Of a DNA stretch of 64,000 bases, positions 26,353 through 36,093 are shown in pieces. The DNA is from an uncultured Bacteroidales bacterium (GTDB taxonomy: Bacteria > Bacteroidota > Bacteroidia > Bacteroidales > GWA2-32-17), in the NCBI GenBank assembly GCA_937960415.1, contig CALGPK010000001.1:4952-68951 (forward strand), given 5' to 3'. Position 1 is the stretch's first letter, and each line of letters begins with the position of its first letter. The translations under genes were made by a program, and so were the position numbers. A model generated the notes under the pieces. It was not told the origin of the DNA and made no database searches. It was given only the letters and a program-made list of their open reading frames with translations.

Positions 26353-28403
26353 AAAAGTCTCATTACTTAATTATATTCTTACTAATTACCTTCACAGCAA
26401 AAGCTCAGGAAGACATTCTTGCTTTACCTGTAAAACATAGCGATTACCTAACCAAACTCATCTTCACATCCGATAAACGATACGTATTCACTGCATCGAT
26501 CGATAAAACCATTAAATTATGGTATTTTAATGGTGCCCATCTCATTAGAACTTATTACGGACATGCCGGCGAAATTACCGATATAGCCATAAATAATCAT
26601 AATACTATTTTATATTCATCAGACAATAACGGTTTACTTATTGTATGGAACGTTTACACCAGTGAAATTTTGCACAAAATACCACACCCATCTGCCATTA
26701 AATCTATACTTCTAAACGAAAAAGAAAACATTTTACTCGTAGGCTTAGAAAATGGAAATATCCATATATACGACATTCAAAACATGGAAAAAATCAAATC
26801 GGTAATCACCAAGCCCTACTTCCCTGTTAAAATTTTACCCTCCAGTGAAAAAGGAAAATTTTTCGTTGCATTTAATAAACTTAAAACAAATGACGATTCA
26901 AGCAAGTTAAACAAAGGAAATGTTCAGCTATTCGATTTATTATTCGAAAAGTTCTTTCCTATAAACTCATATACCGATGATGTAATGGACATGAATCTAT
27001 CGCCCGATAGTACTAAAATTATTACCATCTCAAAAGAAAACAACATGGTTCGAATCTGGGATTCTGGCAAACTTATCGAAGAAAACAGTTTTAAAATCAA
27101 CATTAAACCAAAGATGGTGTTTGCAAGCAGAAACAACAAAATGATTGGCATCGGAGCAATAGACAATAGCGAGATTCGAGCATATCGTATTACCGGCGAA
27201 GAAATTTTATCGTTCTCTATCGACACAGGTATTGCTGTCTTTGGAGAATTTAACAAAGACATTACTCGCTTGCACATACTAAATACACACGGACAATTTA
27301 AAATCTTCGATTTTCAAGGTAATATCCGTCATATATACGGGTATTATGCTACCATTGGCAACAAAATAACAGCATCTGCATATCAGCCCACTCAAAAAAT
27401 ATTTACTTTTGGATACGATAATGGCAAAAGTATATTGTTCAATATAATCGACAACACTATTCATACTATCCCCCATATTACAAAATCAGCCATAACATCT
27501 ATTGCCATTGACAATTTACAACCATGGGTAGCTTTTTTACACGAACCTCAACTTATCTACGATCAAGACGAATATACACCACAATTAAAGTCTAATATAA
27601 TGGTTTACAATTATCATAAAAAAAACATATTATTTCAAAAACAATTTTCCGACTATTATGTTACCTCCTTAGAATTAAAGGAATCGCTACTATTGCTCGG
27701 TTTTAATAATGGTGAGATCGATATATGGGACATCGAATCGAACAAAAGACTTAGCAAGCAAAAAATAGCACCCTATGACCTCATTAAAATTAAATCGATA
27801 AAAAACAAATACTTATTTGTTGAAACCATTGATAACCAAATACTTTATCTACAACTTCAAACCAATTACGACACAAAACTTATTAAAGCCTTTACGCTAA
27901 ACAAAGATGAACATCTGTTTGATGCCAATGAAAATTTGATTACTACTAATCAACGTACATTAAACATACTAACCAACACAAATTATGCTATTTATGATAA
28001 CTATACACATTATTCATGCATTATCAATAAAACCGAATATCTTACAATCGATTCAAAAGAATTAACGGCATATTCACAAAACAACCGGTTGTGGAGCAAA
28101 AAAGTCGAAATGGAAAAGCCTCAAAATGTATTCATCGATACTTCTTCTTTTTTCATTGCAGTTGTTTATCCATATTCTAGAATTACATTTTATAAAACAA
28201 AAAATGGCGAACATTTGGGCGAACTATTTATCCCGGATTCTTCGTCGTGGATATTTGCTCATAATCTTAATTATGACGCCAGCGAAACAGCATTACCACA
28301 AATTAACATCATTAAAGGCATTGTTTTCAATCGCAATATCAATAAAGAAAATCAACGTGTAAAATATTTGCTTCAAAAATCGCTAAACATTAGTCATCCA
28401 TAA
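26349..28403 (+). CDS. Secreted WD40/beta-propeller repeat protein
   Basis: Signal peptide MKKSHYLIIFLLITFTAKAQ. WD-type units (FTASIDKTIKLWYFNG, GHAGEITDIAIN, SSDNNGLLIVWNV, NGNIHIYDIQ, NGEIDIWDIES). ATGA overlap with the upstream methylase gene. Confidence 0.8.
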   Translation: MKKSHYLIIFLLITFTAKAQEDILALPVKHSDYLTKLIFTSDKRYVFTASIDKTIKLWYFNGAHLIRTYYGHAGEITDIAINNHNTILYSSDNNGLLIVWNVYTSEILHKIPHPSAIKSILLNEKENILLVGLENGNIHIYDIQNMEKIKSVITKPYFPVKILPSSEKGKFFVAFNKLKTNDDSSKLNKGNVQLFDLLFEKFFPINSYTDDVMDMNLSPDSTKIITISKENNMVRIWDSGKLIEENSFKINIKPKMVFASRNNKMIGIGAIDNSEIRAYRITGEEILSFSIDTGIAVFGEFNKDITRLHILNTHGQFKIFDFQGNIRHIYGYYATIGNKITASAYQPTQKIFTFGYDNGKSILFNIIDNTIHTIPHITKSAITSIAIDNLQPWVAFLHEPQLIYDQDEYTPQLKSNIMVYNYHKKNILFQKQFSDYYVTSLELKESLLLLGFNNGEIDIWDIESNKRLSKQKIAPYDLIKIKSIKNKYLFVETIDNQILYLQLQTNYDTKLIKAFTLNKDEHLFDANENLITTNQRTLNILTNTNYAIYDNYTHYSCIINKTEYLTIDSKELTAYSQNNRLWSKKVEMEKPQNVFIDTSSFFIAVVYPYSRITFYKTKNGEHLGELFIPDSSSWIFAHNLNYDASETALPQINIIKGIVFNRNINKENQRVKYLLQKSLNISHP

Positions 28404-28417
28404 CTTTACATATATTT

Positions 28418-28990
28418 ATGAAATTTATTAGCTTTGCAAAAAAATTGACATTGAGAATTCTTACGTTTTTATTTTCTGTAATTTTATTAAGCTCTTGCTC
28501 CAATAAATTAGAAACCATTCAATCCATTATGGCAAGTGACACAATACCTATTTTGTATTCAAAAAACTTTTTTTTAAAACGAACCGATTCGGGTCGAGTT
28601 GTGTTGATTGCACAAGCCCCTATTGTTAAATACATGGTTAGAAGCTCCGATACCATTACCCTTTTCCCAAACGGCATTATGGTCGAAACCTATTCTGAAT
28701 ATCCGATAGTAGAAAGCAAAATATCTGCCAATTATGCTAAACACTATGGCAGTAAAGACCTTTGGGAAGCCAAAAACAATGTTGTAGCCATCAACTCTAA
28801 GGGCGATACACTATATACCGAGTTGCTTTACTGGGACGAAAATCGAAAACTAATATACAGCAATAAGTTTTGCAAAATTATTACCGAAGACGGCTTGCTT
28901 ATTGGAAAAAACGGCTTCGAAGCCGACGAAAGCCTTACCCGCTGGAAAGTTATCAATACACAAGGAACTGTAAATGTAAAAGATGAATAA
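28418..28990 (+). CDS. LptC-like periplasmic lipoprotein (LPS export)
   Basis: Lipobox LLSSCSN. About 190 aa and beta-rich. Its position upstream of a CBS-hemolysin gene matches Bacteroidota lptC neighbourhoods as I recall them. Confidence 0.5.
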   Translation: MKFISFAKKLTLRILTFLFSVILLSSCSNKLETIQSIMASDTIPILYSKNFFLKRTDSGRVVLIAQAPIVKYMVRSSDTITLFPNGIMVETYSEYPIVESKISANYAKHYGSKDLWEAKNNVVAINSKGDTLYTELLYWDENRKLIYSNKFCKIITEDGLLIGKNGFEADESLTRWKVINTQGTVNVKDE

Positions 28991-29171
28991 ACGAAGTCAA
29001 ATACTCGAAATAATGTGGCTCATAATAGCCGTTGTTACGTTAATTATAGCCATATTTGAAAGTTACCGAAAAGCCTTTCTGGAAACTTATCCATTGTTTA
29101 TCATTTCAATCATAAGCTTTTTCATGTTTATATTACGCAAAAAACTACGAAAAAACAATCCAATGCCATGA
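28983..29171 (+). CDS. Small two-TM membrane protein
   Basis: Two hydrophobic helices. Overlaps both neighbours (8 nt upstream, ATGA downstream), suggesting translational coupling. Confidence 0.5.
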   Translation: MNKRSQILEIMWLIIAVVTLIIAIFESYRKAFLETYPLFIISIISFFMFILRKKLRKNNPMP

Positions 29172-30421
29172 CAATTGTAGCAATTATATTAATCATACTA
29201 TTATCGGCATTGTTTTCCGGGCTCGAAATAGCTTTTGTAGCATCCGACAAGCTCCGACTCGAAATTGATAACAAACAAGGCAAATGGTATGCCATGATCA
29301 TTAGCCGCTTTGTCAAAATACCTCATAAATTTATTGCAACTCTTATCATTGCAAACAACATAGCACTGGTTATCTATGGCATCTTAGCTGTAAATATACT
29401 TGAATCGCCAATAAATCGTTATGTACAAAACACATTTTTTATATTAGTCCTGCAAACGGTTATATCTTCTATTATCATTTTATTTTTCGGCGAATTTTTA
29501 CCTAAATCGCTTTTTCGTGTAAAAGCCAACTCATTGCTTTATTTTTTTGCTATCCCTTCAATCATCATATACTACACTTTCTACCCACTTACATATTTCT
29601 TTATCTCCTTATCAAATCTTTTTATTCGACTTTTTTTCAAAAAACACCGTTTGCATCAAAGCGAATATATTATTAGCAAAGCCGATATTCAGGAACTTAT
29701 CAAACAAAACATTGAACAAAACTCTAACGACAAAAACTACGAACTTAAAATTTTTCAAAATGCCCTTACATTCGACCAGGTAAAACTCAAAGAATGCATT
29801 ATCCCGCGCACCGAAATTGCTGCAATAGAAATAAACAGCAACATACAACAAGTAAAAGAAGTTTTTATTGAAACAGGCTTTTCAAAGCTAATCGTTTATC
29901 AAGACAATATAGACCACATTGTGGGATATATCCACATTGGCGACATATTTAACGAACCAACCGATGTTAAAAGTATCATTCGCGAAATTATTATTGCACC
30001 AGAAACTCTTCCTGCCAACAAACTTTTGAGCGAATTTATTCAAAAGAAAAAAAGTATTGCACTGGTGGTTGATGAATTTGGCGGAACTGCTGGTATTGTT
30101 ACCATTGAAGACATACTTGAAGAAATTTTTGGCGAAATTGACGACGAACACGATACCAACGATCTTATCGAAAAACAACTAAACAAAAACGAATACATCT
30201 TATCGGGGCGACTCGAAATAGACTATATTAACGAAAAATATCATCTTAACATTCCCGAATCGCAGGAATACGAAACACTAGCCGGATTTATATTATACTA
30301 TTATCATAGTATCCCAAAAACCAATGAAACCATCAACATACTAGATTTCTCAATCAAAATAATAAAAAGCTCAAACACAAAAATAGACCTCATTCAGTTA
30401 AAAAAATCAAGTAATGAATAA
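29168..30421 (+). CDS. CNNM/DUF21 + CBS pair + CorC_HlyC 'hemolysin' family membrane protein (GldE-like)
   Basis: N-terminal four-TM DUF21 with LSALFSGLEIAF, a CBS pair, and a C-terminal LAGFILYYYHSIPKTNE transporter-associated domain. Confidence 0.85.
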   Translation: MTIVAIILIILLSALFSGLEIAFVASDKLRLEIDNKQGKWYAMIISRFVKIPHKFIATLIIANNIALVIYGILAVNILESPINRYVQNTFFILVLQTVISSIIILFFGEFLPKSLFRVKANSLLYFFAIPSIIIYYTFYPLTYFFISLSNLFIRLFFKKHRLHQSEYIISKADIQELIKQNIEQNSNDKNYELKIFQNALTFDQVKLKECIIPRTEIAAIEINSNIQQVKEVFIETGFSKLIVYQDNIDHIVGYIHIGDIFNEPTDVKSIIREIIIAPETLPANKLLSEFIQKKKSIALVVDEFGGTAGIVTIEDILEEIFGEIDDEHDTNDLIEKQLNKNEYILSGRLEIDYINEKYHLNIPESQEYETLAGFILYYYHSIPKTNETINILDFSIKIIKSSNTKIDLIQLKKSSNE

Positions 30422-31526
30422 ACAACCCATTGGGCTCATCTCCTTTATATTACTGATTATCTTATACTCAAAAAATTTTGCGCAACCCAGGGCTAATTAC
30501 TGTTTCAGCTTCTCTGCTCGCTATGGTTTTATTTTCCCGCACCGACCATCAATTGCATATCTTGTACAACGCCATATCCCGGCTTTTGACATTACCGTTT
30601 CAAAACAACTTAACCATAACACATGGCATACACTCTACAAATTTCCTTATACTGGCATTGGTCTATATCATGCTAATTTAGGAAACCCACAATATACCGG
30701 TAAAGCCTATGCAATATATGGCTTTTTCGATATTCCATTAATACTTAAAAACAATTATAGCTTCAATTTTAAATATTCGCTTGGCATTGCTTATTTAACA
30801 AAAAATTACCACTATGCTGAAAATTATTACAATTTGGTTATTGGCTCTCCGTTCAATGCTTATGTCGATTTTGGACTTACAAATTCATTTGTCGTAAAAC
30901 CGTTACGAATAAGTTTTGGCATCACTTATACGCATTACTCAAACGGTGCCATCACCAAGCCAAATCTGGGGTTTAACATTCCCTCATTATCTGTTTCTCT
31001 TGGATACATAAATAACTACACTCCTTTTAAAAAAGACAGCCTCATGCCCGATAAAAAAAGACATTTCGAAATACATTTACTTGCTGCAACCGGTGTTCGG
31101 CAAAATTCAACCTCCGATCCTTACCGATACATTGCAAACACAATATCTCTCAATCTGGAGAAATATTTTTCAGCCAAACGAATGTTAGGGATTGGCTTCG
31201 ATTTTTTTTACGACCCATCTATTCCACAACGATATAACTTTTCTTACGAAAAACCATACATTCCCTATTATCGTTATGGTATTCATCTTTCGCACGATTG
31301 GGTTTTCGATAAATTTTCAGTAACTTTTCATACAGGACGATACCTATTCGATCCTTATCTGCTCGATGGTTGGATATACAGTAGGGTTGGAATAAAATAT
31401 AAAATTAATTCCTTTTTACAGGCAAATATCTTGCTAAAATCTCATTTCGCTAAAGCCGACATAATAGAATTTGGTGTTTCGTATTATACCACGAAACACC
31501 AAGTCTTTCGCAAACAAAACAACTAA
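30414..31526 (+). CDS. Outer-membrane acyloxyacyl hydrolase (PagL-like lipid A deacylase) family protein
   Basis: Signal peptide and beta-strand periodicity. THYSNG (His174-x-Ser176-Asn) resembles the PagL catalytic HxSN motif. Confidence 0.55.
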   Translation: MNKQPIGLISFILLIILYSKNFAQPRANYCFSFSARYGFIFPHRPSIAYLVQRHIPAFDITVSKQLNHNTWHTLYKFPYTGIGLYHANLGNPQYTGKAYAIYGFFDIPLILKNNYSFNFKYSLGIAYLTKNYHYAENYYNLVIGSPFNAYVDFGLTNSFVVKPLRISFGITYTHYSNGAITKPNLGFNIPSLSVSLGYINNYTPFKKDSLMPDKKRHFEIHLLAATGVRQNSTSDPYRYIANTISLNLEKYFSAKRMLGIGFDFFYDPSIPQRYNFSYEKPYIPYYRYGIHLSHDWVFDKFSVTFHTGRYLFDPYLLDGWIYSRVGIKYKINSFLQANILLKSHFAKADIIEFGVSYYTTKHQVFRKQNN

Positions 31527-33001
31527 AAACGGAAGCCCAGCGTTGTAATAATGCCCATGTTGTTGTGTGTCAGGTTTGCTGGCACATTTGAAATAACCGA
31601 TGGGTCGTACAGAAAATATTTTTCTTTTTGCTGTGTATAAATAAAACCAACATCCAGATAAGAGTTCTCACCTTTAATGCCAATACCAAATGTGTACGAC
31701 ATTCTATATGAATTGTCGTTGGCTAAACCTTTTTTATATGGACTCGGATAATAACCAACACCACCCCTCAAGAAAATAGAACTCAAACGATATTCTACAC
31801 CTGCTCTTATATTTCCCACTGCCGTATATGCCCGCTCAATAACCATGTTTTCGTTACGAAAAGTATAATCATTAGCACGCAAACGAGCCATAGAATAATC
31901 TACATACTCATATTCAATACCTATACTCATCAGCGGTTTATTAACTCCATCATCGTCAGAAGAATAAATAACAAATCCACTACTTGCAATGGCTCTAAAC
32001 GGAGTAGTCAATTCATAATCGTAAAAACCTTGTTTCGACTTAATCAATTTTCCATCACCATGAAGCGTATCATCGAACGATGATTTAATGGAACTACTAT
32101 AACTATCGCTTAGATTAAAAAAAGTCGGTGTATGCAAAGCCAAACCAAATTTAAACCACGGAAGAGGCGAATATATCAAACCAAACTTAAAATTAAAACC
32201 CGAGCCAGTTGTTTTGAGTTCCTGACTAAATTCAAAAAAGTTAAACGATAAAATGGAATCTTTGTCATCAATTTCGGCATAATTGGATATTTCTCTGTAT
32301 CGTACACTTTGTATTCCCAAACTCATTCCCAACTGTAACACGTCTTTATAATTTCCTCCAATGCCAAACACATATTCACCCATTCCGCCACGTGTATCTA
32401 AGTTTTTTACTTGCCTAGCACCATAACGAGATAAAGCTGTTTTATATTGAAAGTTCCCTGCTGCTGTATCAGGATCTATCAAATACGCCTCCCATGCCAA
32501 TCCTTCCATAAAGCCATTCATCTCATCTACCTTTTTCCCTTTTGCCAAAGCAGCAAAATAATCGGTCATAGACGATTCGTTGTTGTAACCATCGATATTG
32601 ATATTTCGGTTAAAATCGTTAATCCGATTGTAACTAAAAGCAAACGAAATACTTCGCCAGTCAACATCATTGCCGTTATTATGTGTTGCTACAATTCCCA
32701 AATTGCTCATTTGAAATCTAAATTTAAAATCGTCCATCATACCATCACGATATTTAGCCGACGATTTATTATACGTAAAAGCAGGAGTTATGGTAATTTC
32801 AGAGCCTTTATATTTGCCTAAAGCCGCCGGATTGATACTTACTGCCGACATATCGGCAGCAATACTGCTAAAAGCACTACCTGTCGTAACAAAACGAGAA
32901 GTCCCTCCAAAATAATTCTGAGAATATCGTAATGCATCTACTTCGTTTTGCGACATAACAACTACGGGCAGCAAACCTAAAATTAATGCGAACTTTTTCA
33001 T
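31523..33001 (-). CDS. Outer-membrane beta-barrel protein (FadL/TodX-like)
   Basis: Signal peptide. N-terminal DALRYSQ...GTSRFVTTGSAFSSIAADMSAVSINPAALG. Alternating beta pattern and terminal LGFRF. Confidence 0.65.
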   Translation of the reverse strand: MKKFALILGLLPVVVMSQNEVDALRYSQNYFGGTSRFVTTGSAFSSIAADMSAVSINPAALGKYKGSEITITPAFTYNKSSAKYRDGMMDDFKFRFQMSNLGIVATHNNGNDVDWRSISFAFSYNRINDFNRNINIDGYNNESSMTDYFAALAKGKKVDEMNGFMEGLAWEAYLIDPDTAAGNFQYKTALSRYGARQVKNLDTRGGMGEYVFGIGGNYKDVLQLGMSLGIQSVRYREISNYAEIDDKDSILSFNFFEFSQELKTTGSGFNFKFGLIYSPLPWFKFGLALHTPTFFNLSDSYSSSIKSSFDDTLHGDGKLIKSKQGFYDYELTTPFRAIASSGFVIYSSDDDGVNKPLMSIGIEYEYVDYSMARLRANDYTFRNENMVIERAYTAVGNIRAGVEYRLSSIFLRGGVGYYPSPYKKGLANDNSYRMSYTFGIGIKGENSYLDVGFIYTQQKEKYFLYDPSVISNVPANLTHNNMGIITTLGFRF

Positions 33002-33021
33002 ATACTTAGCTTTTTATAAGT

Positions 33022-34473
33022 TTAACGACGATGACCACCATTGCTCGAACCACTTTCAGAGCTTCTGGTAGAACCAGAACTTCCTCCAATGTTAATAGAA
33101 CCACCACTCGATGGTTTGCTAATACTTGGCGATGAAGAGCCATTCGAAGGAGTCGAAGGTCTCGAATACGAGGGCGTCGATTGATGCGAAGGACGAGAAT
33201 TCATTTCGTTCGAACGAGATGGTTGTGGGGCAACTTCGCGGTTATAATAATTTTGTTCTGGCTTTCTGTACTCTATCGAAGAGTTGTTTTGTGGTCTTTG
33301 TGGTTGACTGTACGAAGGACGAGAATTGTCCTGAATTGCCGGAGTCGATGGACGATTGTAACCTGGTTTTTCGGATGAACCTGGATTTATAGAAGGACTT
33401 GTTGGTTTATTATCATTCATTTCGGGTTTGGAGTTGATAGGTCTGTTTGGCTCTACGTTGATATTAGGGCGTTCGGGCTTTCTATTATCATTTACCTCTG
33501 GTCTGGTTTGACCTTGTACCGGAGGACGGCTTGAGCCATCGTTTATTCCAATAGAATTGCTGCTGCTATTAGGACGTTCGTTTACATTAATCGAGCTGGG
33601 TCTGCGTTCGTCCTGAACCGACACGGGCTTTTTGTTTGCATCTGGGCGAGATGCTACCGAAGTTGATGCAGTAAACGAAGGACGACTTAATACCTCGTTG
33701 GGTCGAGAATTTTGGAAATTTTGTACGAATGAGTTATAATTGCCATTCACACGAGAGCCGGAATGAGAACCTTCGCCGCGATGTCCGTAAAATACTCCAT
33801 CATGACTATTGTAGTAATAGTTGTATCCATAATAACCGTTGTAGTAGCCATTCCAATATCCATCCCAGTAGCCATGATGATATCCGTGCCAATAGCCATG
33901 ATGATAACCAGCCCAGTAGCCATAGCCATAATATCCAGTATAATAATAGTATGGATGCCAACCCCACCATGGATCGTAATACCAAGGATAGTAGAAGCCT
34001 ACAGCATAGTATGCAGGATAGTAGTAATAATAGTAAAATGGCCACCATCTAAAACCAAAATAGATGCTGATTCCCCAATCAAACGGATTGTAAGTATACC
34101 AGTACAAATTGGTATAATACGAATCGTAATAACCGCATCCGATATAAGCGCGATGAAATCTGCGTAAACGCGAAGAGTACTCATAATCGTAATAATCGTC
34201 GGGATCGTACGAATAATAATTATTGGTTACATAAGTATTTCCTTTTTCGTCAGTTTGATACGATTTTTCTGAATATGAATCTTGAGAATCAGAAGATTGA
34301 TTGGTAGTAGCATCCGAATAATAGTAATTTGACGCAACTTCACTGGAAATAGTTTTAGAAACAGTTGAAGTATTATACACATCATCGCTGTAATTTGACG
34401 ACAAATGCTTTGCCGACGAGCAACTCATCAGCAGAAAGTAAACGGCTACCGTAATAATAATGGTTGTTTTCAT
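33022..34473 (-). CDS. Lipoprotein with an extreme Tyr/Trp/Gly/His low-complexity core and a Pro/Ser/Arg/Asn-rich tail
   Basis: Lipobox YFLLMSCSS. Core FYYYYYYPAYYAVGFYYPWYYDPWWGWHPYYYYTGYYGYGYWAGYHHGYWHGYHHGYWDGYWNGYYNGYYGYNYYYNS. Tail has recurrent (S/N)RP. It sits 20 nt upstream of the barrel gene on the same strand. Confidence 0.7.
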   Translation of the reverse strand: MKTTIIITVAVYFLLMSCSSAKHLSSNYSDDVYNTSTVSKTISSEVASNYYYSDATTNQSSDSQDSYSEKSYQTDEKGNTYVTNNYYSYDPDDYYDYEYSSRLRRFHRAYIGCGYYDSYYTNLYWYTYNPFDWGISIYFGFRWWPFYYYYYYPAYYAVGFYYPWYYDPWWGWHPYYYYTGYYGYGYWAGYHHGYWHGYHHGYWDGYWNGYYNGYYGYNYYYNSHDGVFYGHRGEGSHSGSRVNGNYNSFVQNFQNSRPNEVLSRPSFTASTSVASRPDANKKPVSVQDERRPSSINVNERPNSSSNSIGINDGSSRPPVQGQTRPEVNDNRKPERPNINVEPNRPINSKPEMNDNKPTSPSINPGSSEKPGYNRPSTPAIQDNSRPSYSQPQRPQNNSSIEYRKPEQNYYNREVAPQPSRSNEMNSRPSHQSTPSYSRPSTPSNGSSSPSISKPSSGGSINIGGSSGSTRSSESGSSNGGHRR

Positions 34474-34514
34474 GGCTGTGCCTCCTTATATTTAAAATTA
34501 TTTCATAAAAATAC

Positions 34515-34522
34515 TAATTTTG
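34515..34522 (+). promoter_or_regulatory. Candidate -7 box (TAATTTTG) upstream of proS
   Basis: TAnnTTTG match 52 nt upstream of the ATG at 34575. Confidence 0.3.
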
Positions 34523-34574
34523 CATCGTTTTTTTTAAAAACAAACAAATACCATACCAAAAGTATTAATTTTAT

Positions 34575-36047
34575 ATGGCAAAAGTATTAACACCTAAAGA
34601 AGAAGATTATTCGCAATGGTACAACGATTTGGTTCTTAAAGCCGACTTAGCCGAAAATTCCTCGGTTAGAGGCTGTATGGTCATCAAACCATATGGATAT
34701 GCTATCTGGGAAAAAATTCAGCAAACGCTCGATAAAATGTTTAAAGAGACAGGACACGTTAACGCATACTTTCCGCTATTCATTCCCAAATCTTTTTTGA
34801 GCAAAGAAGCCAGCCACGTCGAAGGATTTGCTAAAGAATGTGCGGTGATTACTCATTACCGTCTTAAAAACTCACCCGATAGTAAAGGAGTTATTGTTGA
34901 TCCGGAAGCTAAACTCGAAGAAGAGCTTATTGTAAGACCTACATCCGAGACCATAATCTGGAATACATATAAAAACTGGATTCAATCGTATCGCGATCTT
35001 CCTTTGCTCATTAACCAATGGGCAAATGTAGTTCGCTGGGAAATGCGTACCCGTCTGTTTCTCCGTACTGCCGAATTTTTGTGGCAAGAAGGGCACACTG
35101 CTCATGCCACCAAAGAAGAAGCCATGGAAGAAGCATTACGAATGATTGATGTTTATCAGAAATTTGCCGAAGACACACTGGCTATCCCAGTTATTAAAGG
35201 CAGCAAAACAGAAAACGAACGCTTTGCCGGTGCATTAGAAACTTACACCATCGAAGCTATGATGCAAGATGGCAAAGCATTACAATCGGGCACTTCTCAC
35301 TTTTTAGGACAAAATTTTGCTAAAGCATTCGATGTAAAATTCCTTAACTCAAAAGGCGAATTAGAATATGTTTGGGCTACTTCGTGGGGAGTTTCTACCC
35401 GATTGATTGGGGCTGTGATTATGACACATAGCGATAATAACGGATTGGTACTTCCGCCCAACATTGCACCGCTGCAAGTGATTATCGTTCCTATTTACAA
35501 AACTGACGAAGAACGAAGGCAAGTATTAGATTACGGGAATAAAATTGAAAGCGAATTAAAACAACATCAAATAACAGTTAAATTTGATGACCGCGACACT
35601 CATAAGCCCGGTTGGAAATTTGCCGAATACGAATTGAAAGGCGTTCCTATTCGTATTGCCATTGGACCCAAAGATATAGAGAAAAAGCAAGTAGAAATTG
35701 CTCGAAGAGATACACTCGAAAAATTCAACCTTTCGCGTGAACAGCTTGTTGCACAAATCAAAGTTCTTTTATCCGATATACAACAAAATATCTTTCAAAA
35801 AGCACTCCGTTTCAGACAACAAAATACTTACGAAATTTCGAATATCGACGAACTTAAAGAGAATATCGACAAAGGTGGCTTTTACATTGCTTATTGGGAG
35901 GGTAGCAAAGAAGACGAAAAGCAATTAAACGAACAAACCAAAGCAACCATACGATGTATTTTAACCGAACAGAGCGATGTTAATGGCACATGTATTGCTA
36001 CAGGCAAACAAACGAAAAAAAGAGTTATCATTGCAAAAGCTTATTAA
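34575..36047 (+). CDS. proS: Prolyl-tRNA synthetase (archaeal/eukaryote-like type, about 490 aa)
   Basis: The N-terminus ([32 protein letters not shown]), class II motifs ([25 protein letters not shown]) and the C-terminal zinc-like domain all match that type. Confidence 0.95.
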   Translation: MAKVLTPKEEDYSQWYNDLVLKADLAENSSVRGCMVIKPYGYAIWEKIQQTLDKMFKETGHVNAYFPLFIPKSFLSKEASHVEGFAKECAVITHYRLKNSPDSKGVIVDPEAKLEEELIVRPTSETIIWNTYKNWIQSYRDLPLLINQWANVVRWEMRTRLFLRTAEFLWQEGHTAHATKEEAMEEALRMIDVYQKFAEDTLAIPVIKGSKTENERFAGALETYTIEAMMQDGKALQSGTSHFLGQNFAKAFDVKFLNSKGELEYVWATSWGVSTRLIGAVIMTHSDNNGLVLPPNIAPLQVIIVPIYKTDEERRQVLDYGNKIESELKQHQITVKFDDRDTHKPGWKFAEYELKGVPIRIAIGPKDIEKKQVEIARRDTLEKFNLSREQLVAQIKVLLSDIQQNIFQKALRFRQQNTYEISNIDELKENIDKGGFYIAYWEGSKEDEKQLNEQTKATIRCILTEQSDVNGTCIATGKQTKKRVIIAKAY

Positions 36048-36093
36048 ATTTTTATTAACTTTATGGCAAATAAATTTTTGTTAATTGGAATAA

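Noticed and set aside
33126-34184. A cluster of seven overlapping 60-134-aa ORFs on both strands (33126..33392, 33181..33378, 33729..34052, 33747..33929, 33763..34167, 33806..34048, 33999..34184). Five of the six frames are simultaneously open around 33806-33929.
   Set aside because: All lie inside the 33022..34473 lipoprotein gene. The Tyr/Trp/Gly/His codon bias (TAY/TGG/GGN/CAY) and the Ser/Pro/Arg/Asn bias of the tail simply deplete stop codons in the other frames. The alternative products are featureless repeats with no signal peptide or plausible start context.
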